Shown here: positions 10,449 to 22,974 of the stretch, piece by piece
How the letters are laid out: every line of letters starts with the position of its first letter
Position numbering within the stretch: the first letter of the stretch is position 1
DNA from: Amphiscolops sp. MND2022
Lineage: Eukaryota
Length of the DNA: 64,000 nucleotides
Reading direction: 5' to 3'
NCBI GenBank assembly: GCA_964187785.1
Contig: OZ076413.1
Coordinates: forward strand, 45,572,001-45,636,000
The notes under the pieces: model-generated
What the model was told of the DNA's origin: nothing
Seen by the model: only the letters and a program-made list of their open reading frames with translations
Database searches by the model: none
Made by a program: the position numbers and the translations under genes

Positions 10449-10926
10449 GGCGGATAAATTATTCCACAGGAGGATAAAATATTACGGTGGCGGATAAAAT
10501 ATTCCGCAGGCGGATAAAATATTTAGGGGGCGGGTAAATTTCTTCCCGCGGGCGGTCGTGCCCACCAAAAAATCATTTTTACCCAAAGTCTCACAGTGCT
10601 GAAAATGTCCCACAGTGCCGAAAAACACTATTCCCTACCTTAAAACATTACCGAAGCTATTCCCTATCTTTATACCTTGAACACTTTTTTATACATTAGT
10701 CAACTACATACTTTTGAATCAAGTCGTCAGCCAATCAGAATTGAGCATGACCCGAGTCGGCAACCAAGGGTATACACCCACACTACACGAGTCAGAATCG
10801 AGCCTATGCGAATCCAGGGGTTCAAGACCCTTCTCGGCTCTCGGCTCGAGCCGAGTCGCTATAGCCTATCTTAAAACATGAGGGTCTTGAACCTCCCCCA
10901 CCTGATCTGCTCACTCTCTTACTACT
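10449..10926. repeat. Probable right terminal inverted repeat of the Polinton, with GGCGGATAAA(A)TATT subrepeats
   Basis: About five ~20-bp subrepeats at 10449-10545; terminal ACTACT. Confidence 0.6.
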
Positions 10927-10934
10927 TATTTGGT

Positions 10935-11418
10935 ATGCCGAAAACTTGTCGAAAACAACTTGCCAAATGCAATTCGCAGAAAACAGCTCGTCGAAACTAA
11001 AGGGCAGGAAACTGGTCGAAAACTAACTGGTCGGTTATCAATTGAGTGGACACTCGTCGAATAATTACTAATACAAATTGGCTGTTGGTAACCCACAAGA
11101 AAATAGCTAAGTGCTAAATAAGGATATCCTTGACTGATGCGAAAAGTTTCCAGTTTCAGGCATATTATAACTTTTTAGTTTTATAATTGCTTGAAATAAC
11201 TCGGTTTTTTAGTTTACCTTGCAATACATCAAAATATTTCTGTTTGTAGTGTATACGATCACAAAATTAGTGCTATGTTTGGCTGGGGGGATTTTCTATA
11301 CTTTCGCTTTCGACAAGTTTTCAGCCTCAGGCTTAATTTTTGACCAGTTGCTTTTCGACGTGTTTTCTTTAAATTTTTGCCGTTGTTTTCAGCGAGTTGT
11401 TTTGGACGAGCTTTCCTA
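10935..11418. mobile_element. Degenerate MITE-like element with GTCGAAAAC-type imperfect inverted repeats
   Basis: GAAAACTTGTCGAAAACAACTTGC on the left versus GCGAGTTGTTTTGGACGAGCTTTC on the right. Confidence 0.45.
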
Positions 11419-13910
11419 AATATTATTTTTCTCTCAAATAGAGAATCAAATACGAATCCGCAAAAGATCATATGAATCTGATCAGAGCTATCAATGAAAA
11501 ATTGCGGAACGTGTTTTCAAGCTGACTGTGATCGAAAAGGTAGGTTTTGGATCACGATTAATTGATTGAAGATCAAAGTACTTGTAATACTTGTCTGATC
11601 TTGTCCTCGACACAGATTTGATGATTTGATTTTGAATGATTGAGCATGAGCAGCGACAAACTGAAATTTTATAACCTTTTGAAATCTTGTTGACAAATGT
11701 TTACGTAGTCAAACTTTGTCAAATTTCTGTGCACCGTTTGTTACGGCTCATCTACTACTACAAGGTGAACCACACAGAACGGAACGCATAAAAATAAAAC
11801 AGTCTAAATTTCAAATTTTTCTCTTAACCTTGACAATTTTTCTTCGACCCGAAAGAGAGACATTTTCGGAAAGTTTGAACCAACCTTAGTTGAAAATTGA
11901 TTTTGTAATGATAGCTCAAGTTTGACAAAAAAGTGAGGTAGTTTCTGTGTTTTGTGTACAAATAATACGATTCCGAAGAGTGAAATTTCGTGCGTTCCGT
12001 TTTTTGGTTCACCTTGTATGAACTACCGAAATAAAGTAAGAGGATCAAAATTGACCGGGAATGACTAACCCCCCGAGCACCCGCTTTGTGGGTTGGTCCT
12101 TTTTCCTTGTTGGCTCCCTTCGCAGTGGCAGCAACTTTGAAACGACTCCTGCTATTGGTGGCCATCTGGGTAGCCCCATCGCCCCCGAAACTGGTCACGT
12201 TTCGAGACGGCATTTTCACTCCTCTAGTGACTACAAGACTAGTTGGATCTTTTGGAAATTCCCACCACGGGCAAATATAGTTTCATTTATTTTTTTCCAT
12301 GACGAATAAGACTGGTGCTCTTTGTTTTCCAAAAATAGAGTTTGTAACAAAAATATTTTTCAACATACGAAAGAAAGAATATGATTTTTTGTATAAAGTG
12401 ACAAGGGACTTTTTCCTCCTCCCCACGCCACCCAAAAAATGGCATAATTAGCATACAGTCATTAGTAGCTGGTTTTATGCATTGATATGCATTCTCATAT
12501 GTTGTTATCAAATTAGAATAAAATACGTCTTAAAAAGTGTCAAGAATTGTTAAATGTAATTTATTTGAAATTAAAATTGAAGTGTTTTTTTAACTTGTGT
12601 GTGTGCGTGCGAAGGGTGCTGGCGGAGAAAAAAACTGTCACAAGTTCAAAACTTTTGGGTGTTTTTGGTGTTTCGAAAATAGCACTTGTTCACATCAATT
12701 ATTGAGTTTCAACTAGCTTTGAAGAGGGATTGGGAAACTGTAAGAACAACAGCTGGATTCAAAATGAGGTTGAAAAAATTGAAGCAAAGATGTAAAAAAT
12801 TGTTTCGACCTACATGCGATTCAAAATAATCAAGATCTCGACTTTATAATAAGTGTGCAATGCAAGGTATATAGTGAGTTCAAATGCGTTTGTAGATTCT
12901 TTTTTTAATTGCAATTACTTTTTGTTTATGATGAAAAAATTGATTTGAAAGCTCAAATTGGACAGCAATCAGTCACTGTAATGCATAATTTTAATAACCA
13001 CTTAGTTTTTGGCCCATTGGTCAAAAAACGTCTCTCATTCTTGTACAAACAATTAAAACTAATCTTGAAGTTTTTAAAAACTATATGCTTTAGTTGGTGA
13101 CTAAAGATATCAATGTTGGTTACATTACTAGTTGAATAATAGAGATTCTCCAAAAAACTAAAAGGCTTTCTTCTGACGTGAATTTTCAATACGGTGTGAC
13201 AGCATTGTGAACTAATAAAGTAATGTGAAAGTTGGTCGATCGCCAGAAAATAGATCAAGACTTGAAACCAAATTTGGTCATTGGTATAGAAATATACTAC
13301 TCATTAAGTGCCTGGAGTTCAAATGAATTCTATGTTTTAAGGTATGACATTTTTACGGCATGCATCTGTCAGTGACAGAAGTGAATACATGCTGTATTCG
13401 TGAAGAACTTTGAAGATTGCTGAATATTCAATTTTGACTGAGCGTCTTGTTCAAAATTTTATAGCATCGTATAGCAAGCATCTCATTTACTGTGCTCTTA
13501 CTGACCTGGCATGTTATCTTACCGGATGGTAAGGTCACGATGTTTCTGACATAACGTGATGTCATGAGCGTTCAGCAAAAGTAGCACAAAAGTAGGAGTA
13601 AAACTATTTCAGAGAAGTCGGAAGTGTTTCGGTAGTTTTTACCGCAAAGTATCCAGAAGTTGTTCAAGTTCATCTCGGAAATTTCAATTTTGAAACAGAT
13701 CAACTAATAAAACTTGCTAACAAAAACTCAACACTACCCGGTACACGATAAAAACATTGTTAAGATCTCTTGGTTTATTATAAAACAATGTTGGTGACAA
13801 AGAGTTTTCATTCAACTATTTCGTATCAAAGTAACAAATGTAGTGAGATCTATGTAATGTAATGTAATAACATAAATAGGACAGTAATTAGAGTTTGTTA
13901 TCAAATATGT

Positions 13911-16900
13911 TTAAACAACTCTCTGTCTAAAGTAGTTCAGTCTATGACCTCTATATTCCACATTCCCCCTCCTCCGGGTGGATTCGGTTTCGAGTGGAGG
14001 TAACTGCTGATGGTTCCGAATTAATCGGTTGAAGTTTTGGTATTCTGCTGTTTTCCGTATTTCACGGTTGATCGTCCGTATTTCACGGTTGCTTCTCTCT
14101 TCAGTTTGTTGTTGACTCGGTTGGCTGGCTTGGTTTTCCTGTAACATATAGTTATTTATTTTTCTTTTATTATTATTTGTGGAATATGGGATACCGCCTA
14201 GTTTTTCGGTTTGTCTTGCGTTGGGTATTCTTTTCGATTTTCTCACCGTTAGTTGTGGTTCATTTATTAGTGGATTCGTTTTTATACCTGTTTCTGGGGT
14301 TAGGTTAGTTTCTTTGGGTAGTAGTTGTAGTTCGTCGTCTATGTTGGCATGGACGGGCTTTCCTTCGCTAGTATTGTAGCATTGGAATTCGTCGTCGGAT
14401 ACTATGCTCAGGTATAGATCCATCGGTTTTCCCGCCGACTTGTCTGGGCTTGTGAACTGGCCTCTTTCGTTGCGTGGTTGTTCTTTCCTTTTCAGCCAAT
14501 CTGCACTGTTTTCTGTATTTTCCGGTTTTGGTGCTTCTTTTCTACGGTATAGACAGGTATTTTCCATCGTCTTTGAGCATGTTGGTTTTTCGGCCGTTGT
14601 TGTCAATCTGGTGTTGATTCTTTTTGTCGGAGTTGTTGTAGCCTGAAAGGGTATCGGGTTAGATATTAGCTTCCTATGTAGGATTTTGTTCCTGTCCGTG
14701 GTTACCGTATGTTTGGTCCCCGAGACTGCAGTTAATGGTTTGTTTGCTTCCAAGTGAGCATTTTGTATGTGTTTTTTCGAAAAAGGTGAACGGGTAATTC
14801 GTATTTTTTTCTTTACGTACCGTATTTGACGGTTTTTGTTTTGGGTGAAGGTCATCCCCCTCCGGTATTTCGGGTCATTTGTCTTCTTCTTTGACATCAC
14901 CAAGTGGTCGGTAATCTCGCCGGCTGAGTTGCGGGTGATGTAGACTGATAAGTCCTTGGAATTGACTGAAATAGAATTTTTTAAATTAGATAGTTTTGTT
15001 CCAGGTTCTCGCCCGAAGTGTAGTTCGAACGGGGGGGGGTTTCTTTATTTCAGAATGTGTGGTAAAACGGAGGACATATAGGGCTTTGTTTAGACTCTCG
15101 CGTAAATTTTGTGTTTCTTCTAAATTTGTTTTTGTTAGATTCTTCAGTGATTGGATGGTTCTTTCCACCAATCCCGTGCCAGTATGTAAGTTTGGTGTTC
15201 CGTATTTGCGGATTGTGTTATATTATTTGCAAAAGCTTTTGTACTCTTTTGAGATAAAAGCGCTGCCGTTGTCCGATTTAATTGTCTTCGGTACTCCGTA
15301 TACGTTTATATATTCCCGTAGGAATGTTATTACTGTATCGTGGTTGGTATTTTTGCAACTTTTCTAAATGTTTGCTATTCAGATTTCCCGTAAAATCAAT
15401 TTGGATTTCTTCTCCTGGGTATTTTGGCGGTTCGATTTTTGATTTTTCGGTACTAGGTAGTTGGGGTTTTAGATTCTTACCGGTATTTAGGCAAGCGGAG
15501 CAGGTTTTGGCCTTCTTCTCGATGTCTGCTCTCATGTTTGGCCACCAAAAGATAACTGCATCATTGCACATTTTCTTTATTCCTGGGTGGCCGAAGTGAA
15601 GTGCGTTGAGTGCGGCGTAGCGTAGACTTTTGGGGATGATGATACGGTCGTCCACCATTTTTATTCCCCAGCGGTGGGTCAGTTTCTTTGCTACTTGTTT
15701 GTAATCGTCTGGGATGGCTTGTGTGTTGTTGTCTTCGATGCAGCATTGAACTTCGATTAGGTCTGGATCTGCTGCCGTTTCCTTGGTTAGTGTTTCCAGG
15801 TCAAGCATAAAGTCGAGTTCTGCGGCTCTGATGTTATCTTCTTGTTGTCGGTTTCTGGGGGTTTTTGTCTCGATAACCTTGTTGATGCGTACGTAATGTA
15901 CGGCTATCTCTTCTATTGGGCCTTCGCGGTATTCTTGAACGGGGATCGCTGGGTAAGACCCTGGTTCTTCCGTTATTACCGGTTCTTCTGGTGTTGAAGA
16001 GACCGTGGATTCGGTGTCCGATGTGTGCTTCTGTGTTTTTGTGGTTTCCGTGTTGATTTCCGATGATGTGCCGGATGCTTGTGGAATTTCATCTCCAAAG
16101 TTTTTAAAGTAGATGCCCCCGATATGTGTAACTCGGTTTTCTTCTTTCCTTCTCAAACGGATGTCAATGCGTTTGATTTCTTTTCTGTCTACATCGTCCG
16201 GTCTTCTTGGAAGGAGTATTTCTCTCTCGAGTTTCTTGTGCCAGTGATGTCGCATGTGGCCCGGTCGTGTTAATTCAATTCTTCTTTCTACTAAATCTTG
16301 TGTCTCCGGTGAATTGTCTCTTCTGTTAATAATCTTCATGATTTCGTAAGTTTTTTCTTACGTAGTAGTTCCTTTTTTCAGTAGTTGTCCCATATTGTCC
16401 GTCTTTTCGGATAGATTTGGTATGAATTTTGCAAAATTTTGTATTGCTCCCAAAAATAATTTTAGGGATTTTGTATTTGTCGGTGGGTTCAATTTGTTGA
16501 TTGCGTCCGTTTTTTCTTTGTTCGGTCGGATTCCATCTTGTGATATGGTGTGTCCAAGCCATACCGATTCTTTATGGTAAAATTTTGACTTCTTTTTGCT
16601 GGCCTTATAGCCTTCGTTTTCCAGTTTTGTTAGGACTGATTCTAATTTTTGTGTATGTTGTTCCTTCGTTCCGCGTGTCACGGTTATTATATCGTCCAGC
16701 CATACTGGTATTTGGTGGCCGAGGGTTCGGTCTATTTTCTCCTGAAAGATGGTGGGTATGTCGGCTGGTCCGTAAAAACCCTTTAGGAATCGGTAATATC
16801 CGTTGATTTTCTATCCTGTAATGGCGAAGTTACAGTGTTTGCTTGTTTCCGGTGATAGTTTCATTTGTCCGTAAGCATAGTCCAAATCTATGATTGATAT

Positions 16901-17722
16901 CCAGATTGGGTCTAGTTCGTTTTTTGATAATTCGGAAGAGATTTGGTTTAGTAGTTCATCCATGTTTGGCATGTGTGGTCTTTTCTTTATACAGCTGTCG
17001 TTTAGTTTCCGTGCGTCAAGTGCAATTTTGACCGTTTTGTCCTTTTTCACCGTAATTACAACGGGGGATACGAAGCAATCTTCTTCGGATGTTTCTAGTC
17101 TTTGTAAATGTCCGGATTTTATTAATCGGTCTAGTTCGTTTTTTACGTCGTCTTGTAGGTGGTACGGTATTGGTCGTGCTTTTTGTTGTATTGGGTAACA
17201 ACCCGGTTTTATCTGTATTTTCACCTCCGCGTTCTTGATAGTGTGGTTTGTTTCGAATAGTTTCTTGAATTTCGCATGTATCTTTGTTTTTTCTGATTGG
17301 TCGGTGTTGTTGTCCAATGAAATTTTGTTGATGGTAATTGGCAGTTGTTTTAGCCAATTTACTCCCAGTAGGGGTGTGATGTCGGTTCTCTTTGTGATTA
17401 AGAATGGTAATTTGATGTATTTGCCGTTGTACTCGGTGTCTACCCATACTTTCCCCAGAAATGTGATTTCGTTTTTGTTTACATCTTGGTATCTCTCTTT
17501 TAACGGTTGGATATTTTCTGGGTTATACCGTGTGGGGTTGTTCGGCATAATGGTGACCGGAGAGCCGGTATCGATAATAAACTTTTGGTTTTTCCCGTTT
17601 ATTTTTATTTCGACACAATAGTGGTCGTTATTGTCCGGTGTTATTTTGTTGATTCGTGTGATTTGGAGTATTTCCTCGGGTTCACTGTTTTTGTCTTCTT
17701 CTTCGGAGGTCATATCTTCCAA
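13911..17722 (-). pseudogene. pol: Pol remnants: protease, RT, integrase and long C-terminal extension
   Basis: IDTGS; SPVVITVKKD..IALDARKLN; DLDYAYGQ; in-frame TAG at 16811-16813; WLDD; HFGHPG..C..C; IQIDF; VERTIQSLK. RNase H is absent. Confidence 0.9.
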
Positions 17723-18554
17723 GTAGTTGATTCTTTTTGTTTTGTTTGGTTTCGTGCGGCATACCCGTTCTCTGGCAGTTTTTGCATTTTACCGTTTTCG
17801 CCGGGCAGTTATGTTGGGGTGTCCAATTTTGTTGTCCGCAGAATCCGCAGTTGTTTTTCTTTTGTTTTGGTTGTTCTCGATATTGTTTTGTTTGGATTTT
17901 TTGGATCGGTTCTTGTTTTATTTCTTTGTCATTCGCCAATGCGGGTGGTATGGTTGATTGTTTATGTCGGCGGTCGTAGCTGTCTTGTGTAATGAGTTCT
18001 ATGGTGGTTTTCAGATTGAGGGTTTTTTCGCGGATCAGTTTTTCCCGGAGTTTTTTGTCGGTTATGCTTGTGATAAATTTCGATATGAGTAGGTCTTCTT
18101 GTTTGATGTCTTTGAAATCACATGTTTTTTCTAACGTTATCAGCTTTTTCCAATGTTCCTCGGGTGTTTCGTTTTCCTCTTGCTTGGCCCAGAAGAAATC
18201 TCCACGGCTGTGGTATGTGTTTCTTTTGGGCATATAGTATTCCCGGAATAGTTGTATTAACTTGTCGGTTTTTATTGTGTCTGGGTCCGTGTTGAATTCT
18301 CCTTTCGTGATGATTTTAATTGCCGACGGTCCGGCGCCCCAAATGAAATCTTGTCTGATTTCCGGTTCTTTTGTGTCCCATGGATCACCGGTAGGTACCG
18401 TATCGTCGGTTAATATCGGTTTGATATCTATGTTGTGGATTCTTTTTATGTAATGTCGAAGTCTCTCGGTCCATTCTTTTGGTGTGTATATTTTCTTCCC
18501 GTCAAGTCCGGTGTCTTCTAGGTAAGGTAGTTGTATCTTGGTTGCCACGGCCAT
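17682..18554 (-). CDS. gag: Gag (frameshifted/deleted in the zinc-knuckle region)
   Basis: 290-aa ORF after the PBS; CGFCGQ...HNC and CKNC motifs. Confidence 0.85.
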   Translation of the reverse strand: MAVATKIQLPYLEDTGLDGKKIYTPKEWTERLRHYIKRIHNIDIKPILTDDTVPTGDPWDTKEPEIRQDFIWGAGPSAIKIITKGEFNTDPDTIKTDKLIQLFREYYMPKRNTYHSRGDFFWAKQEENETPEEHWKKLITLEKTCDFKDIKQEDLLISKFITSITDKKLREKLIREKTLNLKTTIELITQDSYDRRHKQSTIPPALANDKEIKQEPIQKIQTKQYREQPKQKKNNCGFCGQQNWTPQHNCPAKTVKCKNCQRTGMPHETKQNKKNQLLGRYDLRRRRQKQ

Positions 18555-20105
18555 TATTGATATTTGTTGGTTGGTAAAAATATTTCGTGTTTTAAGAAGG
18601 TTTGGTAAAATAAAATCTTGCTACTGCGCCATGTTAAGATCTCTTGGTTTATTATAAAACAATGTTGGTGACAAAGAGTTTTCATTCAACTATTTCGTAT
18701 CAAAGTAACAAATGTAGTGAGATCTATGTAATGTAATGTAATAACATAAATAGGACAGTAATTAGAGTTTGTTATCAAATATGTTTAAACAACTCTCTGT
18801 CTAAAGTAGTTCAGTCTATGACCTCTATATTCCACAAACATTTCTATTTGAAGCATATTTGTTTTTGTCGCAACTTTTTTTGCAAAGATGGGTATCAAAC
18901 ACCGAATTTCACAATTTCTTTGAATGATAGAAGTGAGGTTTTTTTTCTAATTAAAAACAGGCTGTTTGCTATCAAGAGTGTAGTCTTCGAAAGCCATGAG
19001 CTCTAAATAAGTTAGATTTATTTCAAAATTTAATTTCTGCAGGAATAGCAGAATTGAAGCTTCCAGCGCCAGGAATACTTCAACTGCAGTTTGACTCTTA
19101 AGTTTTGAATTTTGCAAAAAATGTCTAGTTTTATGGTGAGTGAAATTGAAAACATACAAATTGTGATAAAAGATAGTTTTTCGATTTGAATCGAGAAGAA
19201 ACAGATAATAATGTTTTGATATTACTCTCGTGAAGCTAGCGAGAAAGTGAGATTAGTCAAGCAACAACTTCCGTTTTCTGTCTTCAAAAATCTTATTTTA
19301 AGCAAATGAAATGTGTTCAAATGGACAAAAAGGTCTGACAAAGGTGAATGTGGGGAAAAGACTTCAGAGAAAGACGCACTGGCCAAGTGTCAGTCAATAA
19401 TTTTCGGCTATGACAATGAGCAAGATCTTGTTTTTTAAACGTTTAATTGAAAAATACTCGTACGTTTCAAAACTACTCACATAGTAAGGAAAAATCCAGG
19501 GGAAAAAACCAGTCTTATGCTGATCGATTTTTAGTCCGAGTAAAATGAATTGTTACAAGCTCTGGACGACCTATGCCGACGCGCTGTCACAAAGCTTAAA
19601 AGGGCAGCATCTTTCAAAGATGTCCAGGTGTTAGTTTTAGGAAAATTTGATAAGTTTCTATGTTTCTATTGGTTCAAATTCTGTGGCACTTCAGTAATAG
19701 GCCCTGAGAAAGCCATCATGAACGTTTTTTCTGTCAATTCTTCTAGATGGACCTCGAAGAAGCACTTCTACTATCTTCTCTTAGCAAAATACGGTACCCT
19801 ACTTTGAGCAGAGTAGTCTTGCATAGGTCGGCTGCAAGCTGTGTTTTCTGAGTGAGTGACTATTTGAAATTTACAATGGCGTGACTCATCACCTTTGCAC
19901 TCTTTATTTAACTTTTCTCCGCCAATATTTTGTCTATATTTTACCACTAACCTAAGAATTAGCGACGTGCCTAACGTCCAAGAATAGTGAGTTGAGAGAG
20001 ATTCAAACCTGGTAGTGCTCAAAGCAAGCTTAATGAACCACCACTACTATTTGTGATTTGAATACTCGTGATCTTTTTCAAAATGACTTTTTTGATATCG
20101 TTGAA

Positions 20106-20183
20106 GCCACGAAAAGCATGGAAACTCAGAATCAATTTTATTGATCAATAAAATTGATTCTGAGTTTTCTTGTTTTTCGCGGC
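20106..20183. repeat. Spacerless palindrome (46-bp perfect core at 20122-20167)
   Basis: AAACTCAGAATCAATTTTATTGA|TCAATAAAATTGATTCTGAGTTT with imperfect outer arms. Confidence 0.9.
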
Positions 20184-20557
20184 ATTTAAGCCGCGATACA
20201 CTCGAGATACAGTGCAACAAATGCTTCTTGAAAAACTCTAAGCTTTCAAGAAACTATGGAAAATTGGAATCCACAAACCTATACGTTGCATCATAGCATT
20301 CTAAATATGTAATCCGTTCTACCATATGTAATAGAATGAACTGAGCCAGTCAATGTTATTTTGCAAAAAAACAACATTGAAACCCTGGACAATTTTGAAA
20401 CAAAATAATCTTTCATGAAACTATTGCTGGTGTCGTTAAATAGTATCGCGTGAAAACTCATTTTAGGTTTGAAACAAGACGCCCGCTAAGCAACTGGGCG
20501 CTAAAGCAAACCCGCTAAACGGGTTTTCGCCTTCACCAACTGAGCCATAGCTATTTT

Positions 20558-20705
20558 GGGAGGGAATAGTATCTAAAGAATAAGATCTAAAATTTAGTGA
20601 TTTTAGATCTTATTCCCTTTAGATCTTATTCCCGTCCTGAACTTTTAGATCTTATTCCCTTTAGGTCTTATTCTATTTTTAACTTTAGATATTATTCCCC
20701 CTGTA
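20558..20705. mobile_element. Small Mutator-like MITE
   Basis: TIR GGGAATA(G/A)TATCTAAAG; internal TTTAGATCTTATTCCC repeats; flanked by 9-bp AGCTATTTT duplication. Confidence 0.6.
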
Positions 20706-22734
20706 AGCTATTTTAGTTACTTGACTAGCTAAGAGTCTGGGTAAGGAGGCTGAGTAGGTAGGTGGAGTAAATATAAAGTGGAGTTTTGGCAGAATTTGGA
20801 AAAAAACGCTCCACAGATCATGATTTTCCTCCCCCATATATAAAATGTGGGTCAGAAAATGACAAACCGGGAACGGCTGAAGTCGGCACCCCACTTAAGG
20901 CTAAAAAGAGCGAAAGTACTTCAAAGGATTCTCCGCTCAATTGCACAGTATCGATAAAACACAAATAGGGCTTAAAAACACCTGTTTCCTATACAAAAAT
21001 ATCAAAAAAATCAAAGGGTGTTCATTTGCAAAATTCATTTTTTTTTCAAAAAAACTCTCACTTCTGACAATAACCTGAGCTTTCGAAAAAAAGCTTATTT
21101 AGTTTGAATAAAAATATGGTAATAGGAATGAGAGGACCCTTCCGGCTAATTTGCCATTTTGTAGAATTTTGTAGATTTTTTTGAATACTTTGGCATTCGG
21201 CATGAAATTGTCACTTCGTCTGGATTGAGAAAACGGAAAAAAAACACAACGAAAAATCGACATGTAAATGTTGACCTGGACGAAAATTGAAAAACAAATG
21301 GCTTAGTCCGTAAGCTTAGTCTATATACATTTTCTCTGGAGCGTTGATAAGAATTTTTTTCGGTCAAACACTCAACAAGATTTCAGACTAACCCCTTTTT
21401 TGTTTCGCGTCTGAACGAACATATTTTGAGAAGATAAGTTGGCAAAAATGAGAAGTAAGTCAATAAACTGTTCGAAATGAATCGCTGTTATTGTCGATCG
21501 ACAATCTTTCTTCAAATAAAGGGATTAAAAACAGTAAACTAATCACGGATTTTCTTGAACACCTGTGGTATCAAAACCATAAGCGCGAATACCCAAGTTT
21601 TCCCAGATATTCAAAGAAGACAATAAATGGTCCCAACAGTTTTACCGCAATAAATACTTTTGAATCCTTTTAGGCGATTTATCAAACCTGTTGTATTTTA
21701 ATCAGATTTATAGTCTTTCAGAAGATATAAGAAATGTTTACCCCACCCGTGACTTTTGGAGCATTTTAAAATTAACGTATCCGTTGCAACTGAGTTTCTA
21801 AAAGTGCACAAACTGTGTCAAATTATTTGACTAGCGTGCGTTTTGATTGAGTGTTTTATCGGTTAAATACGCAAAATATCTCATAACTCTGTTATATAAT
21901 ACCCTATAACCACATGTTGCCATGATCGAGTTCATTGATAAACCTCCTACTAACTTTTGATCCCAAGAAACGGGACCGGCAGAATTCTGGACACGTTATT
22001 AGCGATATTTTGTTCAAACTTTGTCCAGAAAAGTCAAAGGAAGTCTAACCTTACAAGTATACCTACCAACCCCATTAGGATTTTTGGGAGAAGGTGCAAA
22101 ACTTGTACCGGGCTAATTGCTCCTCCTTCTCATTCTCTGAACATTTGTAGCTCTAGCAAAACCAAAACAAGCTCTTCGTTCGATTGTGTTTCGCTGCGGG
22201 ATCTCCAAAGTTTTACAAAACGAGTTTATGCTACAAAACTTGGTTGCATTGTGTAACTTGGTTGCATTTTGTAACTTTGATTGAAAGGAAAGGAATCAAG
22301 GGGCTAGTTTCACTTGATAAAACTAATAATCCAAAACTTTTGTTCAAATGCTTTATTGATTTCAAAGCTCGGGAGCAAAGAAGTATCTTTTGATACATCA
22401 TTCCAGATGGTAAATATGTTCAACAAGGTACATGAGTCTTTCAAATTGAAATATCTGTTGCTTAAGAACATTATGGATCAAGTCATCGGTTTTTGGTTTA
22501 ATGTTGCAGAGTTGCCGATTCTGTAATACTAACGGAAAATAGTAATTTTAACGGCTAGGTGCTCCATTTATTCAGCTCTACTAATTGCATGGTAGATTCC
22601 ACGGATTCAACTTTTGTAATTATTAGCCAACAGTTCTTTTAAAAATTATATAACGTTATAATTAAAATGATGATGTATTAAATAAGATGATATAAACTTA
22701 ATAAACGCCAAAGGACGAAACAGAGCTTCTCACC

Positions 22735-22938
22735 CAGCGTTCGACATCTTGAATATCTTGGCAAGATCTTCCCAGAGCTTGCCAAGATCTTGCAAGTTCT
22801 GGGAAGATCTTCGAAGAAATCCGAGATATTGTCAAGATATCCCAGATGAAATCCAAGATCTTGTCAAGATATCCAATATGAAATCCAAGATCTTACCAAG
22901 AAATCCAATCTAGATTCCAAGATTGTTTGTCGAACATG
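22735..22938. repeat. CAAGATCTT-type short tandem repeat / MITE remnant
   Basis: Repeated CAAGATCTT/CAAGATAT units bounded by GTTCGACA / TGTCGAAC. Confidence 0.5.
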
Positions 22939-22974
22939 TAGTTCTTCTGCAAGCAACGCTCTCAGAAATTGAAC

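Larger units (their letters stand above)
1..10926 (+). mobile_element. Polinton/Maverick (adintovirus-like) endogenous DNA virus/transposon, right portion, degenerate
   Basis: Densely packed, intronless, co-oriented cluster: ATPase, rve integrase, penton, core protein, hexon, adenain. A repeat-rich subterminal region follows, ending in ACTACT (10921-10926), the reverse complement of the usual AGTAGT Polinton terminus. pPolB and the left TIR are not in the window. Confidence 0.93.
13758..18836 (-). mobile_element. Ty3/Gypsy LTR retrotransposon, internally deleted
   Basis: 205-bp TG..CA LTRs (13758-13962, 18632-18836) that appear identical; TSD AACAT; PBS TGGCGCAGTAG; PPT GGAGGAGGGGGAA; order gag-PR-RT-(RH missing)-IN. 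Confidence 0.96.

Noticed and set aside
11500..13700. Short ORFs such as 11824..12219 and 12061..12309
   Set aside because: No motifs or consistent exon structure.
14179..18453. Plus-strand ORFs over the first Gypsy element
   Set aside because: They are antisense shadows of A-rich gag/pol.
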